A DNA stretch of 64,000 nucleotides from Bugula neritina (lineage: Eukaryota > Animalia > Bryozoa), in the NCBI GenBank assembly GCA_964035545.1, contig CAXIUT010000097.1, forward strand, positions 434,001-498,000, given 5' to 3'. Made by a program: the position numbers and the translations under genes. The first letter of the stretch is position 1, and each line of letters starts with the position of its first letter. This document shows, piece after piece, positions 48,901 to 63,650 of this stretch. Below the pieces are notes generated by a model that searched no databases, had not been told where the DNA came from, and saw only the letters and a program-made list of their open reading frames with translations.

Positions 48901-51711
48901 TACTGTAACACACTGAAATATACTGCAACACACTGCAACATACTGCAACATACTAGAATACACTGTAACATATTGAAATATACTGCAACACATTGAAATA
49001 TACTGCAAAATACTGAAATACACTGCTACATACCGAAATATACTGCGACACACCGCAACATACCGCAACGTACTAAAATACACTGTAACATATTGAAATA
49101 GACTGCAACACATTGAAATATACTGCAAAATACTGAAATACACTGCTACATACTGAAATATACTGCAACACACTGCAACATACTGCAACATACTAAAATA
49201 TACTGCAACATACTGAAATACACTGCAGAATACTGAAATACACTGTAACATACTGAAATATACTGCAAAATACTGAAATACACTGCTACATACTGAAATA
49301 TACTGCAACACACTGCGACATACTGCAACATACTAAAATACACTGTAACATACTGAAATACACTGCAACACATTGAAATATACTGCAATGTACCGAAATA
49401 TATGGTAAACTACTGAAATATACTGTCACACATTGAAAAACACTGCAACATACTGAAATATACTGCGACACATTGCAATATACTGTAACATACTGAAATA
49501 TGCTGTATCACACTGAAATACACTGCAACTCACTGAAATATACTGCAACATACTGAAATACACTGTAACATATTGAAATATACTGCAACATACTGAAATA
49601 CAGTGCTACATACTGAAATATACTGCAACATACTGCAACATAGTGAAATACACTGCAACATACTGCAAGATAGTGAAATACACTGTAACATACTGAAATA
49701 CACCGCAAAATACTACAACATATTGAAATGCACTGTAACATATTGAAATACACTGCAACACATTGAAATATACTGCAACATACCTAATTATACGGTAATA
49801 TACCAAAATAAACTGTAACACATCGAAAAATACTGCAACATACTGAAATACACTGCAACACACCGAAAAACACTGAAAATACTGTAACACACTGAAATAT
49901 ACTGCAAAATACTGAAATACACTGCAAAATACTGAAATACACTGTAACATACTAAAGTATACTGCAACATACTGAAATACACTGCAAAATACTGAAATAC
50001 ACTATAACATACTGAAATATACTGCAACATACTGAAATACACTGCTATATACTGAAATACGCTGCAACACACTACAACATACTGCAACATGCTAAAAGCT
50101 GCAACATACTGAAATACACTACTACATACTGAAATATACTGCAACACACAGCAACATACTGCAACATACTAAAATACACTGTAACATATTGGAATACACT
50201 GCAACACATTGAAATATACTGCAAAATACTGAAATGCACTGCTACATACTGAAATATACTGCAACACACTGCAACATACTGCAACATACTAAAGTATACT
50301 GCAACATACTGAAATACACTGCAGAATACTGAAATACACTGTAACATTCTGAAATATACTGCAAAATACTGAAATACATTGCTACATACTGAAATATACT
50401 GCAACACACTGCGACATACTGCAACATACTAAAATACACTGTAACATATTGAAATACACTGCAACACATTGAAATATACTGCAATGTACCGAAATATATG
50501 GTAAACTACTGAAATATACTGTCACACATTGAAAAATACTGCAACATACTGAAATATACTGCGACACATTGCAATATACTGTAACATACTAAAATATTCT
50601 GTAGCACACTGAAATACACTGCAACATACTGAAATACACTGTAACATATTGAAATATACTGCAACATACTGAAATACAGTGCTACATACTGAAATATACT
50701 GCAACATACTGCAACATAGTGAAATTCACTGTAACATACTGAAAAACACTGCAACATACTACAACATATTGAAATACACTGCAACACATTGAAATATACT
50801 GCAACATATCTAAATATACGGTGATATACCAAAATAAACTGTAACACATTTAAAAATACTGCAACATACTGAAATACACTGCAACACTCTGAAATACACT
50901 GCAAATTACTGTAACACACTGAAATAGACTGCAACACACTGCAACATACTGCAACATACTAGAATACACTGTAACATATTGAAATATACTGCAACATACT
51001 GAAATACACTGCTACATACTGAAATTTACTGCGACACACAGCAACATACTGCAACATACTAAAATGCACTGTAACATATTGGAATACACTGCAACACATT
51101 GAAATATACTGCAAAATACTGAAATACACTGCTACATACTGAAATTTACTGCGACACACTGCAACATACTGCAACATACTAAAATGCACTGTAACATAGT
51201 GAAATAGACTGCAACACATTGAAATATACTGCAAAATACTGAAATACACTGCTATATACTGAATTACACTGCAACACACTACAACATACTGCAACATGCT
51301 GAAATATACTGCAACATACTGAAATACACTGCAAAATACTGAAATACACTGTAACATACTGAAGTATACTGCAACACACTGAAATACACTGCTACATACT
51401 GAATTATACTGCAACACACAGCAACATACTGCAACATACTAAAACACACTGTAACATATTGGAATACACTGCAACACATTGAAATATACTGCAAAATACT
51501 GAAATACACTGCTACATACTGAAATATACTGCGACACACCGCAACATACCGCAACGTACTAAAATACACTGTAACATATTGAAATAGACTGCAACACATT
51601 GAAATATACTGCAAAATACTGAAATACACTGCTACATACTGAAATATACTGCAACACACTGCAACATACTGCAACATACTAAAATATACTGCAACATACT
51701 GAAATACACTG
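42929..51711. repeat. Higher-order repeat, 4378-bp period, 2 tandem copies
   Basis: 42923/47301, 43592/47970, 44427/48805, 45410/49788, 46581/50959 and 46901/51279 all equal 4378. Only about 2 substitutions noticed (near 45944/50322 and 46229/50607). Confidence 0.95.
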
Positions 51712-54700
51712 CAGAATACTGAAATACACTGTAACATACTGAAATATACTGCAAAATACTGAAATACACTGCTACATACTGAAATATACTGCAACACACT
51801 GCGATATACTGCCACATACTAAAATACACTGTAACATATTGAAATACACTGCAACACATTGAAATATACTGCAATGTACCGAAATATATGGTAAACTACT
51901 GAAATATACTGTCACACATTGAAAAACACTGCAACATACTGAAATATACTGCGACACATTGCAATATACTGTAACATACTGAAATATGCTGTATCACACT
52001 GAAATACACTGCAACTCACTGAAATATACTGCAACATACTGAAATACACTGTAACATATTGAAATATACTGCAACATACTGAAATACAGTGCTACATACT
52101 GAAAAATACTGCAACATACTGCAACATAGTGAAATACACTGCAACATACTGCAAGATAGTGAAATACACTGTAACATACTGAAATACACCGCAAAATACT
52201 ACAACATATTGAAATGCACTGTAACATATTGAAATACACTGCAACACATTGAAATATACTGCAACATACCTAATTATACGGTAATATACCAAAATATACT
52301 GTAACACATCGAAAAATACTGCAACATACTGAAATACACTGCAACACACCGAAAAACACTGAAAATACTGTAACACACTGAAATATACTGCAAAATACTG
52401 AAATATACTGCAAAATACTGAAATACACTGCTACATACTGAAATATATTGCAACACACCGCAACATACTGCAACATACTAAAGTATACTGCAACATACTG
52501 AAAGACACTGCAAAATACTAAAATACACCATAACATACTGAAATATACTGCAACATACTGAAATACACTGCTATATACTGAAATACACTGCAACACACTA
52601 CAACATACTGCAACATGCTAAAAGCTGCAACTTACTGAAATACACTGCTACATACTGAAATATACTGCAACACACAGCAACATACTGCAACATACTAAAA
52701 TACACTGTAACATATTGGAATACACTGCAACACATTGAAATATACTGCAAAATACTGAAATACACTGCTACATACTGAAATATTTTGCAACACACTGCAA
52801 CATACTGCAAGATACTAAAGTATACTGCAACATACTGAAATACACTGCAGAATACTTCAATACACTGTAACATACTGAAATATAATGCAAAATACTGAAA
52901 TACATTGCTACATACTGAAATATACTGCAACACACTGCGACATACTGCAACATACTAAAATACACTGTAACATATTGAAATACACTGCAACACATTGAAA
53001 TGTACTGCAATGTACCGAAATATATGGTAAACTACTGAAATATACTGTCACACATTTAAAAATACTGCAACATACTGAAATATACTGCGACACATTGCAA
53101 TATACTGTAACGTACTGAAATATGCTGTAGCACATTGAAATACACTGCAACTCACTGAAATATACTGCAACATACTGAAATACACTGTAACATATTGAAA
53201 TATACTGCAACATACTGAAATACACTGTAACATACTGAAAAACACTGCAACATACTACAACATATTGAAATACACTGCAACACATTGAAATATACTGCAA
53301 AATACCTAAATATACGGTGATATACCAAAATAAACTGTAACACATTTAAAAATACTGCAACATACTGAAATACACTGCAACACTCTGAAATACACTGCAA
53401 AATACTGTAACACACTGAAATATACTGCAACACACTGCAACATACTGCAACATACTAGAATACACTGTAACATATTGAAATATACTGCAACACGTTGAAA
53501 TATACTGCAAAATACTGAAATACACTGCTACATACCGAAATATACTGCGACACACCGCAACATACCGCAACGTACTAAAATACACTGTAACATATTGAAA
53601 TAGACTGCAACACATTGAAATATACTGCAAAATACTGAAATACACTGCTACATACTGAAATATACTGCAACACACTGCAACATACTGCAACATACTAAAA
53701 TATACTGCAACATACTGAAATACACTGCAGAATACTGAAATACACTGTAACATACTGAAATATACTGCAAAATACTGAAATACACTGCTACATACTGAAA
53801 TATACTGCAACACACTGCGACATACTGCAACATACTAAAATACACTGTAACATATTGAAATACACTGCAACACATTGAAATATACTGCAATGTACCGAAA
53901 TATATGGTAAACTACTGAAATATACTGTCACACATTGAAAAACACTGCAACATACTGAAATATACTGCGACACATTGCAATATACTGTAACATACTGAAA
54001 TATGCTGTATCACACTGAAATACACTGCAACTCACTGAAATATACTGCAACATACTGAAATACACTGTAACATATTGAAATATACTGCAACATACTGAAA
54101 TACAGTGCTACATACTGAAATATACTGCAACATACTGCAACATAGTGAAATACACTGCAACATACTGCAAGATAGTGAAATACACTGTAACATACTGAAA
54201 TACACCGCAAAATACTACAACATATTGAAATGCACTGTAACATACTGAAATACACTGCAACACATTGAAATATACTGCAACATACCTAATTATACGGTAA
54301 TATACCAAAATAAACTGTAACACATCGAAAAATACTGCAACATACTGAAATACACTGCAACACACCGAAAAACACTGAAAATACTGTAACACACTGAAAT
54401 ATACTGCAAAATACTGAAATATACTGCAAAATACTGAAATACACTGCTACATACTGAAATATACTGCAACACACCGCAACATACTGCAACATACTAAAGT
54501 ATACTGCAACATACTGAAATACACTGCAAAATACTAAAATTCACTATAACATACTGAAATATACTGCAACATCCTGAAATACACTGCTATATACTGAAAT
54601 ACACTGCAACACACTACAACATACTGCAACATGCTAAAAGCTGCAACTTACTGAAATACACTGCTACATACTGAAATATACTGCAACACACTGCGACATA

Positions 54701-57700
54701 CTGCAACATACTAAAATACACTGTAACATATTGAAATACACTGCAACACATTGAAATATACTGCAATGTACCGAAATATATGGTAAACTACTGAAATATA
54801 CTGTCACACATTTAAAAATACTGCAACATACTGAAATATACTGCGACACATTGCAATATACTGTAACGTACTGAAATATGCTGTAGCACATTGAAATACA
54901 CTGCAACTCACTGAAATATACTGCAACATACTGAAATACACTGTAACATATTGAAATATACTGCAACATACTGAAATACACTGTAACATACTGAAAAACA
55001 CTGCAACATACTACAACATATTGAAATACACTGCAACACATTGAAATATACTGCAAAATACCTAAATATACGGTGATATACCAAAATAAACTGTAACACA
55101 TTTAAAAATACTGCAACACACTGAAATACACTGCAACACTCTGAAATACACTGCAAAATACTGTAACACACTGAAATATACTGCAACACACTGCAACATA
55201 CTGCAACATACTAGAATACACTGTAACATATTGAAATATACTGCAACATACTGAAATACACTGCTATATACTGAAATATACTGCAACACACTACAATATA
55301 CTGCAACATGCTAAAATATACTGCAACATACTGAAATACCCTGCAAAATACTGAAATACACTGTAACATACTGAAGTATACTGCAACATACTGAAATACA
55401 CTGCTACATACTGAAATATACTGCAACACACTGCGACATACTGCAACATACTAAAATACACTGTAACATATTGAAATACACTGCAACACATTGAAATATA
55501 CTGCAATGTACCGAAATATATGGTAAACTACTGAAATATACTGTCACACATTGAAAAACACTGCAAAATACTGAAATATACTGCGACACATTGCAATATA
55601 CTGTAACATACTGAAATATGCTGTATCACACTGAAATACACTGCAACTCACTGAAATATACTGCAACATACTGAAATACACTGTAACATATTGAAATATA
55701 CTGCAACATACTGAAATACAGTGCTACATACTGAAATATACTGCAACATACTGCAACATAGTGAAATACACTGCAACATACTGCAAGATAGTGAAATACA
55801 CTGTAACATACTGAAATACACCGCAAAATACTACAACATATTGAAATGCACTGTAACATATTGAAATACACTGCAACACATTGAAATATACTGCAACATA
55901 CCTAATTATACGGTAATATACCAAAATATACTGTAACACATCGAAAAATACTGCAACATACCGAAATACACTGCAACACACCGAAAAACACTGAAAATAC
56001 TGTAACACACTGAAATATACTGCAAAATACTGAAATATACTGCAAAATACTGAAATACACTGCTACATACTGAAATATACTGCAACACACCGCAACATAC
56101 TGCAACATACTAAAGTATACTGCAACATACTGAAATACACTGCAACATACTAAAACACACTGTAACATATTGGAATACACTGCAACACATTGAAATATAC
56201 TGCAAAATACTGAAATACACTGCTACATACTGAAATATACTGCGACACACCGCAACATACCGCAACGTACTAAAATACACTGTAACATATTGAAATAGAC
56301 TGCAACACATTGAAATATACTGCAAAATACTGAAATACACTGCTACATACTGAAATATACTGCAACACACTGCAACATACTGCAACATACTAAAATATAC
56401 TGCAACATACTGAAATACACTGCAGAATACTGAAATACACTGTAACATACTGAAATATACTGCAAAATACTGAAATACACTGCTACATACTGAAATATAC
56501 TGCAACACACTGCGACATACTGCCACATACTAAAATACACTGTAACATATTGAAATACACTGCAACACATTGAAATATACTGCAATGTACCGAAATATAT
56601 GGTAAACTACTGAAATATACTGTCACACATTGAAAAACACTGCAACATACTGAAATATACTGCGACACATTGCAATATACTGTAACATACTGAAATATGC
56701 TGTATCACACTGAAATACACTGCAACTCACTGAAATATACTGCAACATACTGAAATACACTGTAACATATTGAAATATACTGCAACATACTGAAATACAG
56801 TGCTACATACTGAAAAATACTGCAACATACTGCAACATAGTGAAATACACTGCAACATACTGCAAGATAGTGAAATACACTGTAACATACTGAAATACAC
56901 CGCAAAATACTACAACATATTGAAATGCACTGTAACATATTGAAATACACTGCAACACATTGAAATATACTGCAACATACCTAATTATATGGTAATATAC
57001 CAAAATATACTGTAACACATCGAAAAATACTGCAACATACTGAAATACACTGCAACACACCGAAAAACACTGAAAATACTGTAACACACTGAAATATACT
57101 GCAAAATACTGAAATATACTGCAAAATACTGAAATACACTGCTACATACTGAAATATATTGCAACACACCGCAACATACTGCAACATACTAAAGTATACT
57201 GCAACATACTGAAAGACACTGCAAAATACTAAAATACACCATAACATACTGAAATATACTGCAACATACTGAAATACACTGCTATATACTGAAATACACT
57301 GCAACACACTACAACATACTGCAACATGCTAAAAGCTGCAACTTACTGAAATACACTGCTACATACTGAAATATACTGCAACACACAGCAACATACTGCA
57401 ACATACTAAAATACACTGTAACATATTGGAATACACTGCAACACATTGAAATATACTGCAAAATACTGAAATACACTGCTACATACTGAAATATTTTGCA
57501 ACACACTGCAACATACTGCAAGATACTAAAGTATACTGCAACATACTGAAATACACTGCAGAATACTTAAATACACTGTAACATACTGAAATATAATGCA
57601 AAATACTGAAATACATTGCTACATACTGAAATATACTGCAACACACTGCGACATACTGCAACATACTAAAATACACTGTAACATATTGAAATACACTGCA

Positions 57701-60700
57701 ACACATTGAAATGTACTGCAATGTACCGAAATATATGGTAAACTACTGAAATATACTGTCACACATTTAAAAATACTGCAACATACTGAAATATACTGCG
57801 ACACATTGCAATATACTGTAACGTACTGAAATATGCTGTAGCACATTGAAATACACTGCAACTCACTGAAATATACTGCAACATACTGAAATACACTGTA
57901 ACATATTGAAATATACTGCAACATACTGAAATACACTGTAACATACTGAAAAACACTGCAACATACTACAACATATTGAAATACACTGCAACACATTGAA
58001 ATATACTGCAAAATACCTAAATATACGGTGATATACCAAAATAAACTGTAACACATTTAAAAATACTGCAACATACTGAAATACACTGCAACACTCTGAA
58101 ATACACTGCAAAATACTGTAACACACTGAAATATACTGCAACACACTGCAACATACTGCAACATACTAGAATACACTGTAACATATTGAAATATACTGCA
58201 ACACATTGAAATATACTGCAAAATACTGAAATACACTGCTACATACCGAAATATACTGCGACACACCGCAACATACCGCAACGTACTAAAATACACTGTA
58301 ACATATTGAAATAGACTGCAACACATTGAAATATACTGCAAAATACTGAAATACACTGCTACATACTGAAATATACTGCAACACACTGCAACATACTGCA
58401 ACATACTAAAATATACTGCAACATACTGAAATACACTGCAGAATACTGAAATACACTGTAACATACTGAAATATACTGCAAAATACTGAAATACACTGCT
58501 ACATACTGAAATATACTGCAACACACTGCGACATACTGCAACATACTAAAATACACTGTAACATATTGAAATACACTGCAACACATTGAAATATACTGCA
58601 ATGTACCGAAATATATGGTAAACTACTGAAATATACTGTCACACATTGAAAAACACTGCAACATACTGAAATATACTGCGACACATTGCAATATACTGTA
58701 ACATACTGAAATATGCTGTATCACACTGAAATACACTGCAACTCACTGAAATATACTGCAACATACTGAAATACACTGTAACATATTGAAATATACTGCA
58801 ACATACTGAAATACAGTGCTACATACTGAAATATACTGCAACATACTGCAACATAGTGAAATACACTGCAACATACTGCAAGATAGTGAAATACACTGTA
58901 ACATACTGAAATACACCGCAAAATACTACAACATATTGAAATGCACTGTAACATACTGAAATACACTGCAACACATTGAAATATACTGCAACATACCTAA
59001 TTATACGGTAATATACCAAAATAAACTGTAACACATCGAAAAATACTGCAACATACTGAAATACACTGCAACACACCGAAAAACACTGAAAATACTGTAA
59101 CACACTGAAATATACTGCAAAATACTGAAATATACTGCAAAATACTGAAATACACTGCTACATACTGAAATATACTGCAACACACCGCAACATACTGCAA
59201 CATACTAAAGTATACTGCAACATACTGAAATACACTGCAAAATACTAAAATTCACTATAACATACTGAAATATACTGCAACATACTGAAATACACTGCTA
59301 TATACTGAAATACACTGCAACACACTACAACATACTGCAACATGCTAAAAGCTGCAACTTACTGAAATACACTGCTACATACTGAAATATACTGCAACAC
59401 ACTGCGACATACTGCAACATACTAAAATACACTGTAACATATTGAAATACACTGCAACACATTGAAATATACTGCAATGTACCGAAATATATGGTAAACT
59501 ACTGAAATATACTGTCACACATTTAAAAATACTGCAACATACTGAAATATACTGCGACACATTGCAATATACTGTAACGTACTGAAATATGCTGTAGCAC
59601 ATTGAAATACACTGCAACTCACTGAAATATACTGCAACATACTGAAATACACTGTAACATATTGAAATATACTGCAACATACTGAAATACACTGTAACAT
59701 ACTGAAAAACACTGCAACATACTACAACATATTGAAATACACTGCAACACATTGAAATATACTGCAAAATACCTAAATATACGGTGATATACCAAAATAA
59801 ACTGTAACACATTTAAAAATACTGCAACACACTGAAATACACTGCAACACTCTGAAATACACTGCAAAATACTGTAACACACTGAAATATACTGCAACAC
59901 ACTGCAACATACTGCAACATACTAGAATACACTGTAACATATTGAAATATACTGCAACATACTGAAATACACTGCTATATACTGAAATATACTGCAACAC
60001 ACTACAATATACTGCAACATGCTAAAATATACTGCAACATACTGAAATACCCTGCAAAATACTGAAATACACTGTAACATACTGAAGTATACTGCAACAT
60101 ACTGAAATACACTGCTACATACTGAAATATACTGCAACACACTGCGACATACTGCAACATACTAAAATACACTGTAACATATTGAAATACACTGCAACAC
60201 ATTGAAATATACTGCAATGTACCGAAATATATGGTAAACTACTGAAATATACTGTCACACATTGAAAAACACTGCAAAATACTGAAATATACTGCGACAC
60301 ATTGCAATATACTGTAACATACTGAAATATGCTGTATCACACTGAAATACACTGCAACTCACTGAAATATACTGCAACATACTGAAATACACTGTAACAT
60401 ATTGAAATATACTGCAACATACTGAAATACAGTGCTACATACTGAAATATACTGCAACATACTGCAACATAGTGAAATACACTGCAACATACTGCAAGAT
60501 AGTGAAATACACTGTAACATACTGAAATACACCGCAAAATACTACAACATATTGAAATGCACTGTAACATATTGAAATACACTGCAACACATTGAAATAT
60601 ACTGCAACATACCTAATTATACGGTAATATACCAAAATATACTGTAACACATCGAAAAATACTGCAACATACTGAAATACACTGCAACACACCGAAAAAC

Positions 60701-63650
60701 ACTGAAAATACTGTAACACACTGAAATATACTGCAAAATACTGAAATATACTGCAAAATACTGAAATACACTGCTACATACTGAAATATACTGCAACACA
60801 CCGCAACATACTGCAACATACTAAAGTATACTGCAACATACTGAAATACACTGCAACATACTAAAACACACTGTAACATATTGGAATACACTGCAACACA
60901 TTGAAATATACTGCAAAATACTGAAATACACTGCTACATACTGAAATATACTGCGACACACCGCAACATACCGCAACGTACTAAAATACACTGTAACATA
61001 TTGAAATAGACTGCAACACATTGAAATATACTGCAAAATACTGAAATACACTGCTACATACTGAAATATACTGCAACACACTGCAACATACTGCAACATA
61101 CTAAAATATACTGCAACATACTGAAATACACTGCAGAATACTGAAATACACTGTAACATACTGAAATATACTGCAAAATACTGAAATACACTGCTACATA
61201 CTGAAATATACTGCAACACACTGCGACATACTGCCACATACTAAAATACACTGTAACATATTGAAATACACTGCAACACATTGAAATATACTGCAATGTA
61301 CCGAAATATATGGTAAACTACTGAATTATACTGTCACACATTGAAAAACACTGCAACATACTGAAATATACTGCGACACATTGCAATATACTGTAACATA
61401 CTGAAATATGCTGTATCACACTGAAATACACTGCAACTCACTGAAATATACTGCAACATACTGAAATACACTGTAACATATTGAAATATACTGCAACATA
61501 CTGAAATACAGTGCTACATACTGAAAAATACTGCAACATACTGCAACATAGTGAAATACACTGCAACATACTGCAAGATAGTGAAATACACTGTAACATA
61601 CTGAAATACACCGCAAAATACTACAACATATTGAAATGCACTGTAACATATTGAAATACACTGCAACACATTGAAATATACTGCAACATACCTAATTATA
61701 TGGTAATATACCAAAATATACTGTAACACATCGAAAAATACTGCAACATACTGAAATACACTGCAACACACCGAAAAACACTGAAAATACTGTAACACAC
61801 TGAAATATACTGCAAAATACTGAAATATACTGCAAAATACTGAAATACACTGCTACATACTGAAATATATTGCAACACACCGCAACATACTGCAACATAC
61901 TAAAGTATACTGCAACATACTGAAAGACACTGCAAAATACTAAAATACACCATAACATACTGAAATATACTGCAACATACTGAAATACACTGCTATATAC
62001 TGAAATACACTGCAACACACTACAACATACTGCAACATGCTAAAAGCTGCAACTTACTGAAATACACTGCTACATACTGAAATATACTGCAACACACAGC
62101 AACATACTGCAACATACTAAAATACACTGTAACATATTGGAATACACTGCAACACATTGAAATATACTGCAAAATACTGAAATACACTGCTACATACTGA
62201 AATATTTTGCAACACACTGCAACATACTGCAAGATACTAAAGTATACTGCAACATACTGAAATACACTGCAGAATACTTAAATACACTGTAACATACTGA
62301 AATATAATGCAAAATACTGAAATACATTGCTACATACTGAAATATACTGCAACACACTGCGACATACTGCAACATACTAAAATACACTGTAACATATTGA
62401 AATACACTGCAACACATTGAAATGTACTGTAATGTACCGAAATATATGGTAAACTACTGAAATATACTGTCACACATTTAAAAATACTGCAACATACTGA
62501 AATATACTGCGACACATTGCAATATACTGTAACGTACTGAAATATGCTGTAGCACATTGAAATACACTGCAACTCACTGAAATATACTGCAACATACTGA
62601 AATACACTGTAACATATTGAAATATACTGCAACATACTGAAATACACTGTAACATACTGAAAAACACTGCAACATACTACAACATATTGAAATACACTGC
62701 AACACATTGAAATATACTGCAAAATACCTAAATATACGGTGATATACCAAAATAAACTGTAACACATTTAAAAATACTGCAACATACTGAAATACACTGC
62801 AACACTCTGAAATACACTGCAAAATACTGTAACACACTGAAATATACTGCAACACACTGCAACATACTGCAACATACTAGAATACACTGTAACATATTGA
62901 AATATACTGCAACACATTGAAATATACTGCAAAATACTGAAATACACTGCTACATACCGAAATATACTGCGACACACCGCAACATACCGCAACGTACTAA
63001 AATACACTGTAACATATTGAAATAGACTGCAACACATTGAAATATACTGCAAAATACTGAAATACACTGCTACATACTGAAATATACTGCAACACACTGC
63101 AACATACTGCAACATACTAAAATATACTGCAACATACTGAAATACACTGCAGAATACTGAAATACACTGTAACATACTGAAATATACTGCAAAATACTGA
63201 AATACACTGCTACATACTGAAATATACTGCAACACACTGCGACATACTGCAACATACTAAAATACACTGTAACATATTGAAATACACTGCAACACATTGA
63301 AATATACTGCAATGTACCGAAATATATGGTAAACTACTGAAATATACTGTCACACATTGAAAAACACTGCAACATACTGAAATATACTGCGACACATTGC
63401 AATATACTGTAACATACTGAAATATGCTGTATCACACTGAAATACACTGCAACTCACTGAAATATACTGCAACATACTGAAATACACTGTAACATATTGA
63501 AATATACTGCAACATACTGAAATACAGTGCTACATACTGAAATATACTGCAACATACTGCAACATAGTGAAATACACTGCAACATACTGCAAGATAGTGA
63601 AATACACTGTAACATACTGAAATACACCGCAAAATACTACAACATATTGA
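51428..63650. repeat. Higher-order repeat, 4711-bp period, about 2.6 tandem copies
   Basis: ORF series 51632/56343/61054, 52598/57309/62020, 53346/58057/62768, 54664/59375 and 56110/60821 all step by 4711. Confidence 0.96.
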
